Source: Candidatus Moanibacter sp. (GTDB lineage: Bacteria; Verrucomicrobiota; Verrucomicrobiia; Opitutales; UBA2987). Taken from it: a stretch of DNA of 27,987 bases. The notes under the pieces were generated by a model that worked only from the letters and a program-made list of their open reading frames with translations, was not told the origin of the DNA and did not search any database. Positions 1 to 9,721 of the stretch are shown one piece after another. Position 1 is the first letter of the stretch, and every line of letters starts with the position of its first letter. The translations under genes were made by a program, and so were the position numbers. The stretch is from the NCBI GenBank assembly GCA_965215885.1, contig CBDCEW010000069.1, positions 1 to 27,987 of the forward strand, in the 5' to 3' direction.

Positions 1-237
1 GGATCTTTACTCGGATACGATCTTATCCATTGATCGCTTACCTGAGTCCATCTGTGTGGTCGGAGCCGGTGTAATCGGATGCGAATATGCTACGATATTT
101 TCGACATTCACGATGTGGAGCGACTGGATGACTGCCTGCCCTTTGGGATTTATACAGTTCCCGAGTTATCAATGGTTGGCTTAACCGAGCGAGCCGCCAG
201 GGAGAAGGGAATCGATTATTGTACTGGCAGGGCACAA
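1..237 (+). pseudogene. sthA: Soluble pyridine nucleotide transhydrogenase (flavoprotein disulfide reductase family) remnant, internally deleted and 3'-truncated
   Basis: Frame 2 reads [33 protein letters not shown] (NAD-binding motif of SthA). From ~109 frame 1 reads [42 protein letters not shown] (start of the dimerisation domain). These motifs are far apart in intact SthA. Confidence 0.75.
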
Positions 238-932
238 GATCAAGGAATGAGAGTTTAATAAGGAAAGCAGGAACGCAGGAAAAGAGATCATCTAATTCCT
301 CACCTGTAATGTGTGTACGAAGATAGCTGTGTGAGTTTTCGAGAGTAGGAGGGACATTTCATCGAATTCGAAAAGCAAGAGATCTGATCACCTGCCTTAC
401 CTCGATAGAGTCGACTTCGCCTGGCGCGGAGCGAAGTGGACTTTACCAACGCCCAGCTTTCAAGTTTCCATTCTCCGTGGTTCCCTGTACTACTAACTCG
501 AAGAGGCTTGTTTTCTTAAGAAGGAATTTCTCTACCGCGTATAGAACCCGTTGATGCTCAAACAATTTCGCTGTGATCTTCAGAAAGCAATGTCTAACGG
601 CGATTGTTCTAATTATCACTTCCTTGCCTCCGTTTTCTTCCCCTCCTATCGTGGTACTGCCGAGTCCCGGCGTGCCGGGATGGGAATCCCTCTTCATTCA
701 ATCCGCGGTTTTCTCGAATCAGCGGGAAACTGCCTCTTCCATCCGTGGTACTGCGGAGCCATCCGTGGGCTATTCTCCCTCTTCATCCGTCTCCGTTCCT
801 GATCCGTTGCGTTCAATGCTCTCACAGTCCCCATTCGTTGTACATGCTCCATAGCTTTAGCGTAGGAGGGCCCTTCATTTCCCGGCCTGCCGGGACTGAC
901 TCATTCTTTTGGTTGCGACTACGCTGCGCTAG

Positions 933-2785
933 TCCTCGAACAAGTGTGATTGGAATATACCTAACGCAATAAAAAGCTCGAAACGCGCTTAGATACTGGG
1001 AAAACTGTTAATCGACCAAAAAAAACCACCCAGAAAAAAAGGACGTTTCGAGTGAAAAGAAGATACCGCAAGAACCTCCACAATAGCAAGAGAAGAATAA
1101 AGCATCGGCTTAGAAATCGGGGCTGGCCTGAACAGGCCAAACCGATGTTCAAAGCGAGCAACATCCACTACGAGACGGCCGAACGAGGGCAAAGGGGTGA
1201 GTTGTGGAGGGATAGGAGCGATTCACCTGATGGTGAAGAGACTGGGGTTGGTGGAAGAGCTCGACCAGAGCGTGCAGTTGCTCAAGCGCCACCTGCCGTA
1301 TCATGAGAGTGATCATGTGCTCAACATAGCCTACAACGCATTATTGGGAGGGATCCGGCTCGAAGACATCGAATTGCGCCGCAAGGACGAGGTTTTTCTG
1401 AATGCCTTAGGAGCGCAGAGGATACCGGATCTCTGACGACCAGTGGAGACTTCACCCGAACGCTTTGATGAAGGCGCGATCGAAAAATTGATGGAAGGGA
1501 TCAACCGGATACGGCAAGGGGGTGTGGAACAAGCAGGCAAAAGGATTCATGGAGGAGGCGTTCATCGATGTGGACGGGACGATAGCGCAGACGAGAGGGA
1601 AGTGCAAAGGGGGTATGGGAATAAGCTATAAGGGGATCTGGGGCTATGCACCGCTGATCGTGAGTTTGGCAAATACCAGGGAAGTGCTCTACATGGTGAA
1701 TCGACCGGGCAATGAGACTAGCCATGAGGGATGCGTAAAGTGGATTGATCGGGCGGTGGAACTTGTGCGTGCGCATGCGGGGAAAATCTGCTTGCGAGGG
1801 GATACGGACTTTTCGTTGACAGAAAACTTCGATCGGTGGGATGAAGAAGGAACGGGATTTATCTTCGGAATGGATGCGCATCCCAAAGTGGTGGGACTGG
1901 CCGAGGAGTTCAGAGAGACGGCCTGGAGCGAACTGGAGCGGTTGCCCAAGCATGAAATAGCGACCGAATCGAGAGCTAAAGCGCCGCGAGTGAAGGAAGG
2001 GATCGTGCACCAGAAGGGTTTTGAAAACAAGGTGCTGGAGGCAGAAAGTGTGGCCGAGTTGGACTATCGGCCCAACAAGTGCAAAAAGACCTATCGGATG
2101 GTGGTGGTGCGTAAGAACATCAGTGTGCAAAAGGGCGAAGTAGTGCTCTTTGATGAGATCCGCTACTTTTTTTATATCACAAATCGTAGGGACCTGACTA
2201 AGGAGCAGGTGGTCGCCTTTGCGAATCAACGCTGCGATCAGGAGAACGTTATTGAGCAACTCAAAAACGGGGTTAATGCGATGCGTATGCCCGTGGATGA
2301 TCTTTTGAGCAATTGGGCCTATATGGTAATGACAGCATTGGCCTGGAACCTGAAGGCGTGGTATGGATTACTCATGCCCAACCGCCAGCGGGGGTTGGAG
2401 ATCGTGAAGATGGAGTTTCGGCGCTTCCTTCACGCCATCATCTTGCTCCCCGCGCAAATCATCCGAAGCGGGCGCCGAATTGTTTATCGGCTTTTAAGCT
2501 GGAACGAGTGGATGGGAGATTTTATCAGCACCTGGGAGCGATTCCGATCTATGTCGCCTGGGTAGCAGATCAAGTAACCGCGAACGCACAGCCACAACGG
2601 AAGGACTGTCGGCGTATCCCAAAAAGGGGACAGAACTAACGTTAAAACAGAACGGATATGACTCAAAAAAAGCAAAACATGAAACCAGCCCAAGGGTGGC
2701 GGCGGCAAAACTACCGCCAGCATGGCAAATAACGTTAGGAATAACGAAGTTTCCTGTTCAACCTTTAAACGCGCTTATTTTAGGA
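933..2785 (+). mobile_element. IS1380-family insertion sequence flanked by CTAG direct repeats
   Basis: Left end CTAG|TCCTCGAACAAGTGTG; reverse complement of right end CTAG|TCCTAAAATAAGCGCG (11/16 match). CTAG at 929-932 and 2786-2789. Encloses the transposase. Confidence 0.85.
1052..2565 (+). pseudogene. IS1380-family DDE transposase with about 4 frameshifts in the 5' third
   Basis: Pieces 1052-~1195, 1197-~1431, ~1436-1459 (TTSGDFTR), ~1460-1520 and 1522-2565. Motifs IDVDGT, GYAPL, LRGDTDF and RCDQENVIEQLK. Confidence 0.85.
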
Positions 2786-3673
2786 CTAGTGTGGTGCTTC
2801 GCCGCTCTTTGCCAATTGTTCTTTGGCCTGTTCGTAGACCTTGGGCGACAGCGGACCAGTGTGAGCAGAGCGGATATTCGTCGCCAGGTGATCGGGCTTG
2901 CCGGTGCCTACGATCGTAGTGTGACAGGCGGGGTGCGAGAGCGTAAAGCGCAGGACGAATTCGTGGCGGCCCATCTCTGCGGCCATCTCGTCCAGTCCGG
3001 CGCGGTCCCAGGTTTCATCCTGCTGCTGGCGGGCGTTGTGTCCCTTGGCGATGCCGCCGCGAATTATGATTCCGGCGCCCAGGTCGGCTGCTTCCTGGAT
3101 CATGGACTCGTGTCGTCTTTCCAGGGCGGAGTAGGGTATCTGAAAGGTGTCGAACACACCCATCCGCGCAAAGGGCAGCAGGTGGGGCGCCGTAGACGAG
3201 ACGCCGATAAAGCGCGTCTTGCCGGCGTCTCTAATCTCCTGCAATACTTCGACGAGCCCGCCTTTCTCCACGTCCTCGACGGAAGGGTTGTGCATTTGCA
3301 GCAGGTCTACCCGGTCCGTCTTTAGGCGCGCCAGGCTTTGATCGATGTTGGCGCGTAGCCGATCTGCGGTCCAGACGTGGCCAGGATCGCCGCGCACGCC
3401 TTCCGGGTCGATATTACAGCCGCATTTTGTTGCAAGGTAATACTCGTCGCGGCGATGGCTGATAAATTTGCCAATGCGCTCCTCGCTGAGACCGTAGTCC
3501 GGTGCTGTATCGACAAAGTTGATACCGGCGTCCAGCACGGCGTTGAGCAGTTCGTTGGCACATTGCTCGCTGTGCTCCTCGCTGCTGAGTTCCGGCAAGG
3601 CGGTACCGTATCCCAGCTGGGTTATCTCTAAATTGGTGCGTCCCAATATTTGTCTGCGAAGTTCCGTTGGCAT
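2786..3673 (-). CDS. Aldo/keto reductase
   Basis: 295 aa with LGRTNLEITQLGYG, GINFVDTAPDYG, LATKCG, SLARLKTDRVDLLQMH and GKTRFIGVS. The TAG stop is part of the IS1380 CTAG duplication. Confidence 0.93.
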   Translation of the reverse strand: MPTELRRQILGRTNLEITQLGYGTALPELSSEEHSEQCANELLNAVLDAGINFVDTAPDYGLSEERIGKFISHRRDEYYLATKCGCNIDPEGVRGDPGHVWTADRLRANIDQSLARLKTDRVDLLQMHNPSVEDVEKGGLVEVLQEIRDAGKTRFIGVSSTAPHLLPFARMGVFDTFQIPYSALERRHESMIQEAADLGAGIIIRGGIAKGHNARQQQDETWDRAGLDEMAAEMGRHEFVLRFTLSHPACHTTIVGTGKPDHLATNIRSAHTGPLSPKVYEQAKEQLAKSGEAPH

Positions 3674-4154
3674 GGGCGATTTCTCTCCTTATCTACAGAC
3701 CTCAACTGTCTGCGATAATGGACATAACAAAGTCTCTCTCCGTCCCAATTGTCAAGGGCGCCGAGACGCATTATCTGTTCGACGCTTAACGGAGCCATCG
3801 AGAAAGCATTCCGGAGTAATTACGACATCGGGCCTTTCGCGCCTATTTGCCGTATATCGCGCGCCACCCCGGCACAAGAGCGGTGCAGCCTCAAACAGGC
3901 TAAACCGGTATTGCAAGATTTTCGGGTTAAATGACAAAAGAGCTCATGAAAGCATTTTACGGAAATCCCCGATGCCAAGCACAAAGCGAAATGGCATTGG
4001 CCAAAAGCTTCACAATGTGCTCTACTCGGATTGTGAAGTCGCACAGCCATCTCAGATGGTTTCACTCCGCCTGCCTGTTATCACTTGCCGAACCAGATTC
4101 TGCCATACAGCAAAGTGAAACATTGACTTGACTGAACTATCAAGTTCACGAGGC

Positions 4155-4937
4155 ATGAGAGTGATCATCATTGGAGCGGGACGCGGCAAGCGCCTCATGC
4201 CCTCAACGGCGAATCAACCCAAGTGCTTTGCGAAAGTTGGCGGGAAACGTATTCTTGATTGGGCTCTCGAAGCTTTCTCCCAGAACGGGATAGAGGAGAT
4301 CTGTTTTATCGGAGGCTACCGCGTCGAGGAAGTGGAAATGGAATATTCCGATTTTACATTTCGCTACAACCGGGATTGGGAAAAGAACAACATTCTTGAG
4401 TCTCTCATGTCTGCCGTGGATCTTATGTCCGAGCCCTTCATCTGCTGCTACTCTGATACTCTCTTCACGAGTGCACTGATACGAGACCTCATTTCCCGCG
4501 CGGAAGACATCTCCCTTTCAGTCGATCGAACGTGGCTGGAACGCTATCGCCACCGCACCCATCATCCGCCGACTGATGCAGAAAAGGTAACGGTCATGGA
4601 TGGTTTTATCAACCGCGTCCATCGCGACATTTCTCCAGACCAGGCTTACGGGGAATACACCGGAATCGCCAGATTCAGCAAGGTGGGAGCGAAAGCGCTC
4701 AAGGATCATTACAAACGGTGCAAGAGGGACTATTCCGGAAAACCGTTCCGTGAGGCATCCGTTTTTGAAAAGGCTTACCTCATTCACCTTTTTCAGGAGA
4801 TGGTTGAAGAGGGAGTTCGCCTGAACCACGTCGACTCCGCCGACTCATATATGGAAATCGACACGCAGCAGGACTATGAACTCGCGCAAACAAACTGGCC
4901 CGTTCAGACATTGACTGACAGGCCGCATCGCCGATGA
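4155..4937 (+). CDS. Nucleotidyltransferase, phosphocholine/phosphonate cytidylyltransferase (LicC-like) family
   Basis: IIIGAGRGKRLMP..PKCF, N-terminal NTP-transferase motif, and C-terminal EIDTQQDY. ATG at 4155 preferred over TTG at 4128. Confidence 0.85.
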   Translation: MRVIIIGAGRGKRLMPSTANQPKCFAKVGGKRILDWALEAFSQNGIEEICFIGGYRVEEVEMEYSDFTFRYNRDWEKNNILESLMSAVDLMSEPFICCYSDTLFTSALIRDLISRAEDISLSVDRTWLERYRHRTHHPPTDAEKVTVMDGFINRVHRDISPDQAYGEYTGIARFSKVGAKALKDHYKRCKRDYSGKPFREASVFEKAYLIHLFQEMVEEGVRLNHVDSADSYMEIDTQQDYELAQTNWPVQTLTDRPHRR

Positions 4938-6004
4938 GCGACCCGGTCCTCTTTCCGGCATCGGTCATCGGCTCTATGCCGCGTTCAGATTTCGTCAAGG
5001 ATCTCATCGCATCGGAAGGGAGTCTTCCCCCGGAAGTCTACAGGCGCCGAATGGAAGCCTCCGTCCGCTACATCGTCGCTTTGCAGGAACAGGCCGGTGT
5101 GGATGTCCTTACCGACGGCGAATGGCGTAGAAAATCGTACATCGGAGTCATCGCGGAACTCGCCCATGGCTTTGCCCTGAGCCGCAATCCCTCGGATGGT
5201 CGCCCATGGACGATCGTTACCGAAAGACTTGAACCGAGGGACTCTGGCTTTATCGCTCGAGAGACTGCGTTCGTCAGGTCGATCACTTCGCGCCGCGTAA
5301 AAGCGACGCTCCCCTCCCCTGCCCTTCTAGGAGAGCGGATGTGGGACCCGGACCTTTCTGGAAAGGCCTATCCGACACGACGAGAATTTATCCAGGCGTG
5401 CGTGCCGATCCTGCGTCGTGAAGTGGAGTTGATCATCGAGGCCGGCGCCGATATTGTCCAAATTGACGACCCGCACCTCTGCCTCTTCGTGGATCCGGAA
5501 GTGCGTCGCAAATACGATGATCCGGATGGAAATGCAGATTTCGCGGTCGAGGTGGTGAACGCCGTTGTCGACGGTTTAGAGGGCGTCACCCTGGCACTTC
5601 ACCTGTGCCGCCGCGCCGGTGCCCGGGGGCGCGGCGAAGAGTGCTTCATGGGGGGATTCGAGCCCATCATTGACCAACTCAATCGGCTCAAGGTGAATCA
5701 TGTGGCGATGGAATTTGCCGCCCCGGACTCGGGCCAACTCGCCGTACTCAAACGCTTACGCGAAGACCTGACAATCGGTCTGGGGTGCGTCGACGTTACT
5801 CCGGGGAAAATCGATTCCGTAGAGACGATCGTCGAGCGCGTGCGAAGCGCAACCCGGTTTGTCTCCCCCTCACGCATTACCCTCAATCCCGACTGCGGCT
5901 TCGCGCCCGGTTCGGGAGCTGTCGTGAGCATAGAAGAAGCATACAGGAAGCTCCAAAACGAAGTTGCCGCCGCCCATCGCCTGCGAGAGGAATTCAAATC
6001 ATGA
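4934..6004 (+). CDS. Cobalamin-independent methionine synthase II family (single-barrel MetE-like) Zn enzyme
   Basis: 356 aa with IGSMPR, GVDVLTDGEWRR, VQIDDP, and putative Zn ligands HLC, MEF and NPDCGF. ATGA overlap with the upstream gene. Confidence 0.9.
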   Translation: MSDPVLFPASVIGSMPRSDFVKDLIASEGSLPPEVYRRRMEASVRYIVALQEQAGVDVLTDGEWRRKSYIGVIAELAHGFALSRNPSDGRPWTIVTERLEPRDSGFIARETAFVRSITSRRVKATLPSPALLGERMWDPDLSGKAYPTRREFIQACVPILRREVELIIEAGADIVQIDDPHLCLFVDPEVRRKYDDPDGNADFAVEVVNAVVDGLEGVTLALHLCRRAGARGRGEECFMGGFEPIIDQLNRLKVNHVAMEFAAPDSGQLAVLKRLREDLTIGLGCVDVTPGKIDSVETIVERVRSATRFVSPSRITLNPDCGFAPGSGAVVSIEEAYRKLQNEVAAAHRLREEFKS

Positions 6005-6270
6005 CTCGAAGGCCGAATATCCTCGTTTTTCTCGAAGGCCGAATATCCTCGTTTTTCTGACAGACGACCACGGGCAATGGGCGTCCAGCTGCTACGGTAA
6101 TCGTGAGATCCATTCGCCAACGATGGCCTATCTTGCGGCAAATGGCGCCTGAACCATTTCCGGGAAAAACCGTCCGGGTTTGACGAGTGGTTCACCCTTG
6201 CCAAGGGCACCAATACGCAGTTTCGCGACCAGGGTTACTTCGAGAACGACACGAAAATCGCCAAGCATGA
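6001..6270 (+). pseudogene. Sulfatase remnant (tandem-duplication frameshift, internal deletion, truncation)
   Basis: MTRRPNILVF/LTDDHGQWASSCYGNREIHSPTMAYLAANGA, then a jump to LNHFREKPSGFDEWF in another frame. The CxPxR motif is absent. ATGA-coupled to the MetE-like gene. Confidence 0.75.
6005..6056 (+). repeat. Perfect 26-bp tandem duplication CTCGAAGGCCGAATATCCTCGTTTTT x2
   Basis: Copies at 6005-6030 and 6031-6056. Confidence 0.97.
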
Positions 6271-6374
6271 GATCCCCCCTCGCCATACTGGCCCGGCCCC
6301 GTTTTGAAGAAACGAGCGCGAATTGCGGCAGTTTCAGGGTCGGCAAACCGCCGGATGGCCTGGCGAATGTCCAT
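6270..6374 (-). pseudogene. DNA alkylation repair (AlkD-like) protein, N-terminal fragment
   Basis: MDIRQAIRRFADPETAAIRARFFKTGPGQYGEG is a typical N-terminus of this family. Similarity stops where it meets the sulfatase remnant. Confidence 0.7.
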
Positions 6375-6406
6375 TGATAGGAAATCGCTTTTTAGAGGCG
6401 GGCCCT

Positions 6407-7633
6407 TCATGGCGGGGCCGCCTTTTCGCGAAGACGCGCCAGGGCCTCAATCGAATAGATGATCCCACGGGGCAGATGAAACGGATCCTTTACGGGGAGC
6501 GCCACCACCCTGGCCATCGGTTTCCCCTCCCGGCTCAGGCGCTGCGTCCATTCCCCGTGAGGTGATGTAAAATGCTCGAAGGCCCAGTTGTGGATTTTCT
6601 GATAGTCTTGTAGAAACTGGAGGTCTCCCGTTTCTTCAAACGCCATCAGCAGCGCACAGAAGGCCTCGGTGGCGGGCCACCAGATTTTGGTTTCCCAGTT
6701 TTCAAAATGCGGAACGCCTCCTCTGGCATCCGCACCCAAAAAGAGGCCGCCGTATACAGGGTCCCAGCCAAGCGCAAAACTGTGGCGGATGATCTCGAAG
6801 GCCTTATTTTTCCAGACAGGCCGGTCCTCTTCACGCAGATTTTCCAGCTGATACCAGGCGGTTTCGTAGCCATGACCGGGGCTGGCGTAACTTCCCATCG
6901 GCCCGTCCACTTCGGAGTTGTCGAGATGCCGGTACTCCACGACGGTCTTCGTTTCGGGACGCCAATAGATGTCCAGGACTTCCCGGGCAAGTTCTTCTGA
7001 TTCCGTGGCGTAGCGGGTGATCCCGGTTGCCCGGGCAAGCTCCTTGAAGGCCAGCGAGAACTGCATTGCCACCTTGTGGGCCTTCATGTTCTCCGGCAGT
7101 GGGAAAGGCTCGGTGGCATAGGAGCCTGGTCGGCTCAGACATTCCAGCACTGCGTCAGCTGTCCGGCAAGCCTTGTGAAGGGCTTCCTCGTTTCCCGAGG
7201 CCTGGGCGTATTCCTTCAAGCCGGTGATGGCGAAGGCATCACACTGGATACTCACCGTGCCTTCAATTTCGTTCCCCTGCCGATCGGTCCGAAACATCCA
7301 TCGTCCGGATTCCGTCTGGCCCTGTTTTCCCAGAAGTTTCCAGACGGTGTTCGCGGCATCCAGCCACTCCTGCTTTTTCTCGATCCGGTTACAGGCTGCG
7401 GAAAATGTCCACAGGGCCCTGGCCTGGGACCAGATGAATTTTTCGGTGCTGATGATTGTTCCGTCGTCCTGGATACAGGAAAACAGTCCGCCGCAGTCTC
7501 TATCCAGAGCATGAAGAATCCACCAGGGCAATATATCGTCTTGAAGAAACCGGCGGTGGAAGTCGAGGAGCGCGTTGAGCTCTGCGCGGTTGCCAGTGAC
7601 TTCGCCTTCCCAGCGGTTTCCCTGAATGGTCAT
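6407..7633 (-). CDS. AGE-family epimerase/isomerase (N-acylglucosamine 2-epimerase-like)
   Basis: 408 aa with KFIWSQARALW, SPGHGYE, GWDPVYGGLF, KIWWP and PFHLPR (catalytic His motifs). Confidence 0.9.
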   Translation of the reverse strand: MTIQGNRWEGEVTGNRAELNALLDFHRRFLQDDILPWWILHALDRDCGGLFSCIQDDGTIISTEKFIWSQARALWTFSAACNRIEKKQEWLDAANTVWKLLGKQGQTESGRWMFRTDRQGNEIEGTVSIQCDAFAITGLKEYAQASGNEEALHKACRTADAVLECLSRPGSYATEPFPLPENMKAHKVAMQFSLAFKELARATGITRYATESEELAREVLDIYWRPETKTVVEYRHLDNSEVDGPMGSYASPGHGYETAWYQLENLREEDRPVWKNKAFEIIRHSFALGWDPVYGGLFLGADARGGVPHFENWETKIWWPATEAFCALLMAFEETGDLQFLQDYQKIHNWAFEHFTSPHGEWTQRLSREGKPMARVVALPVKDPFHLPRGIIYSIEALARLREKAAPP

Positions 7634-7892
7634 TGAATCAGCATCCCTGAGTATGTCGGTTTCATCTAAGGATCCATGTAGTCACCAATACTGTATCGAG
7701 AATCCGCTCTTGGGAACACCGGAAAATTTGCATTTTCGGGAAACGCAATTACTGATGGGAAGTCGCTTTCTAGCAGCGGGGCCCTGAGGTGGGGGTTGTC
7801 CACCAGCGCAAGAATGGAATATCGGTCAATTGTTTCAATGATCAATGAATCCGACCCGAATCAGGCCAGGGATGAAATTCCCTTGCGCCGAT

Positions 7893-8126
7893 TCATCGGA
7901 AGTCCGGTACAACGACCGGCATTCCACTATTAGCAATCGACTCTTCTGAAACCAGTCCCGGAACGGTGTAATCCAGCGCCCGGTAGACGTTCAGCGGAGG
8001 TGTCGTTCCCTGTAAAAGGCTGTCGATAAAATCTCTCAGTTCAAAATATTCACTTGTCACTCCGGCAACCTTTGCCTCGGCGGAGGAATTCCGCAAACGG
8101 TCGGGTAAAAACTCGGCTTCGAAGTC
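7893..8126 (-). pseudogene. C-terminal fragment of a Gfo/Idh/MocA-type oxidoreductase
   Basis: DFEAEFLPDRLRNSSAEAKVAG..SEYFELRDFIDSLLQGTTPPLNVYRALDYTVPGLVSEESIANSGMPVVVPDFR; no N-terminal Rossmann domain upstream. Confidence 0.6.
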
Positions 8127-8209
8127 AATTCATCGGGGATACTTTGGCATTTTTTGAAGGAACGCGTAGACGGATAACTGATAGGAAACCGCAAATCCTC
8201 CGAGTCTAT

Positions 8210-8401
8210 TCACGACTCCGGCTCGACCGAGATCCTTGGCGCATCTTGCCCGTCGTCCTCCCAGGACACGACAACCCGGATGGGGCGGCAGCAGACTTCA
8301 CAGTCGATGGTGGACTCGACTGGACGCGGATCGCACCCCGGAAGGTCGAGATCGATTGTCTGCCAGCAGTGGGGGCAAGTGATCTGGGTGGTTTCTCGCA
8401 T
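8210..8401 (-). CDS. CPXCG-motif-type small cysteine-rich protein (63 aa)
   Basis: MRETTQITCPHCWQTIDL...IDCEVCCRPI, with two CxxC pairs. Confidence 0.8.
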   Translation of the reverse strand: MRETTQITCPHCWQTIDLDLPGCDPRPVESTIDCEVCCRPIRVVVSWEDDGQDAPRISVEPES

Positions 8402-8469
8402 GCTGAATGGGGTTGGGAACGTGTCAGACGTCCCGCAAGGCGTCGGCGGGTTCGATGCGAAACGTGCCG

Positions 8470-8594
8470 GAGGCGGGCCAGACCTTGGTCGCGCCGTGGT
8501 TTGCATCGACGTCCTCCAGGCACACATTGACGACAATGCAGTGCGGGGGAGGAGTAACGTCAAGAGTCGGCCAGAGCAGATGGGTTCCGTCAGT
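8470..8594 (-). pseudogene. Internal fragment of a phytanoyl-CoA dioxygenase (PhyH) family gene
   Basis: TDGTHLLWP...HCIVVNVCLEDVDANHGATKVWP. It begins immediately after the Gfo stop codon, just after where the His of HxD would lie. Confidence 0.6.
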
Positions 8595-8595
8595 C

Positions 8596-9657
8596 TTAGA
8601 AATCGTTGAATGCATCCACCGCATTGCCTGTTCTAATAGATTCCCAGGCGGCAACCCCCACGGCCACAGATTTCGCCCCATCGACGACACCCGGAGACGG
8701 TTCCACGTCGTTGTCTAGACATTCCTGAAAGTGGCGCATGTACCGAATGACGGTGGCGCCATGCCCATAGGCACTGAGGTCCCGCTCGGCTTCGTAGACT
8801 GTGGTTTCCACTTTGTGGTCGGGATCCTTGTCGATTACCACACGAATCTCGCCCGGTTCGTTGTCGGTGAACTCGCCTTGCAGGCTGCCCTTGGTTCCGT
8901 AGATGCCATATTGCATCATCGGTGTCGGCGGATGGACGATTCCATACAGTCCCGACACGCGGCCTATGACACCCGAGACGAACTCGACATTCAGAAAGAA
9001 GTTGTTCGGAATCGGGTATGCTTTCGTCAATTTGTCCTCGTTCGCGATCGCATGGACCTTTTTGATATCTCCACCGAAAACGCGGATGACATCAATGCTG
9101 TGCACGCACCCGCCAAACATCAGATCCTGGGGCATTTCGAGCCGCCAGGGAGTAAACTCATAAATCGGGCGCATATCGTGCAGGTAGTAACTTTCCAATG
9201 CGATCAGATCGCCCAATTCACCGTCATCAACGAGCTTTTGGGTGTCCAGGAACTGGCGGTCGAACCGCATGGTCTGGCCGACCAGGAATTTGACCCCTGT
9301 TTCCTGCACCAAATTTACGAGCTGCTGAGCGTCTTCAACGGTCGTGACCATCGGCTTGGTGCAGACGACATGCTTCCGATTCTGAAGTGCGCCAATGCAG
9401 TGATCAGCATGCAGCGCATCCGGCGAGTAGACGCAGACCACGTCCACGTCATCGCGGCTGACCAGTTCGCGATAGTCGGTGGTCCAGAATGGGATTCCGA
9501 ATTCTCGGGCGGCCTGTTCGAGCACCTCAGGCCGGCGTGCACAGGCAGCCGTCACTGTGTAGCGCAAATTGGGCTCATCACGCAAGAGATTCATCGTAGC
9601 CGCCATGTTGTTCGGGCCCAATCCGATGATCCCCAGTCGAATCTCTGAATCACTCAT
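8596..9657 (-). CDS. Gfo/Idh/MocA family NAD(P)-dependent oxidoreductase
   Basis: 353 aa with IRLGIIGLG, DVDVVCVYSPDALH, KHVVCTKPM and GCVHSID. Confidence 0.92.
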   Translation of the reverse strand: MSDSEIRLGIIGLGPNNMAATMNLLRDEPNLRYTVTAACARRPEVLEQAAREFGIPFWTTDYRELVSRDDVDVVCVYSPDALHADHCIGALQNRKHVVCTKPMVTTVEDAQQLVNLVQETGVKFLVGQTMRFDRQFLDTQKLVDDGELGDLIALESYYLHDMRPIYEFTPWRLEMPQDLMFGGCVHSIDVIRVFGGDIKKVHAIANEDKLTKAYPIPNNFFLNVEFVSGVIGRVSGLYGIVHPPTPMMQYGIYGTKGSLQGEFTDNEPGEIRVVIDKDPDHKVETTVYEAERDLSAYGHGATVIRYMRHFQECLDNDVEPSPGVVDGAKSVAVGVAAWESIRTGNAVDAFNDF

Positions 9658-9721
9658 GCTCTTTAGAACCTTACCCTGTTGGCGGTATCAGTTGTAGACT
9701 ATCATTGCAGCGGTACCGATT

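Noticed and set aside
240..928. Short ORFs (443-697, 551-802, 573-854), a faint GxxExxY-like trace at ~310-385 and a repeated GTGGTACTGC
   Set aside because: No convincing motif or start signal; possibly decayed coding DNA, but not assignable by eye.
1190..1522. Programmed frameshifting in the IS1380 transposase
   Set aside because: Four separate shifts, some in homopolymers, fit decay or sequencing error better.
3867..3879. 13-bp match CCCCGGCACAAGA to the TIR of the 23826-26819 element
   Set aside because: It lacks the GGCTG terminus and the inner block, so it may be chance.
3674..4154. ORFs or ncRNA in the divergent AKR/nucleotidyltransferase intergenic region
   Set aside because: Only a modest hairpin (CTTCACAAT...ATTGTGAAG) and motif-less ORFs; no recognisable riboswitch.
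8731..9648. 305-aa plus-strand ORF, and similar long antisense ORFs (1501-2259, 2696-3325, 7076-7636, 25117-25665)
   Set aside because: These are shadow frames opposite well-supported genes and have no motifs.
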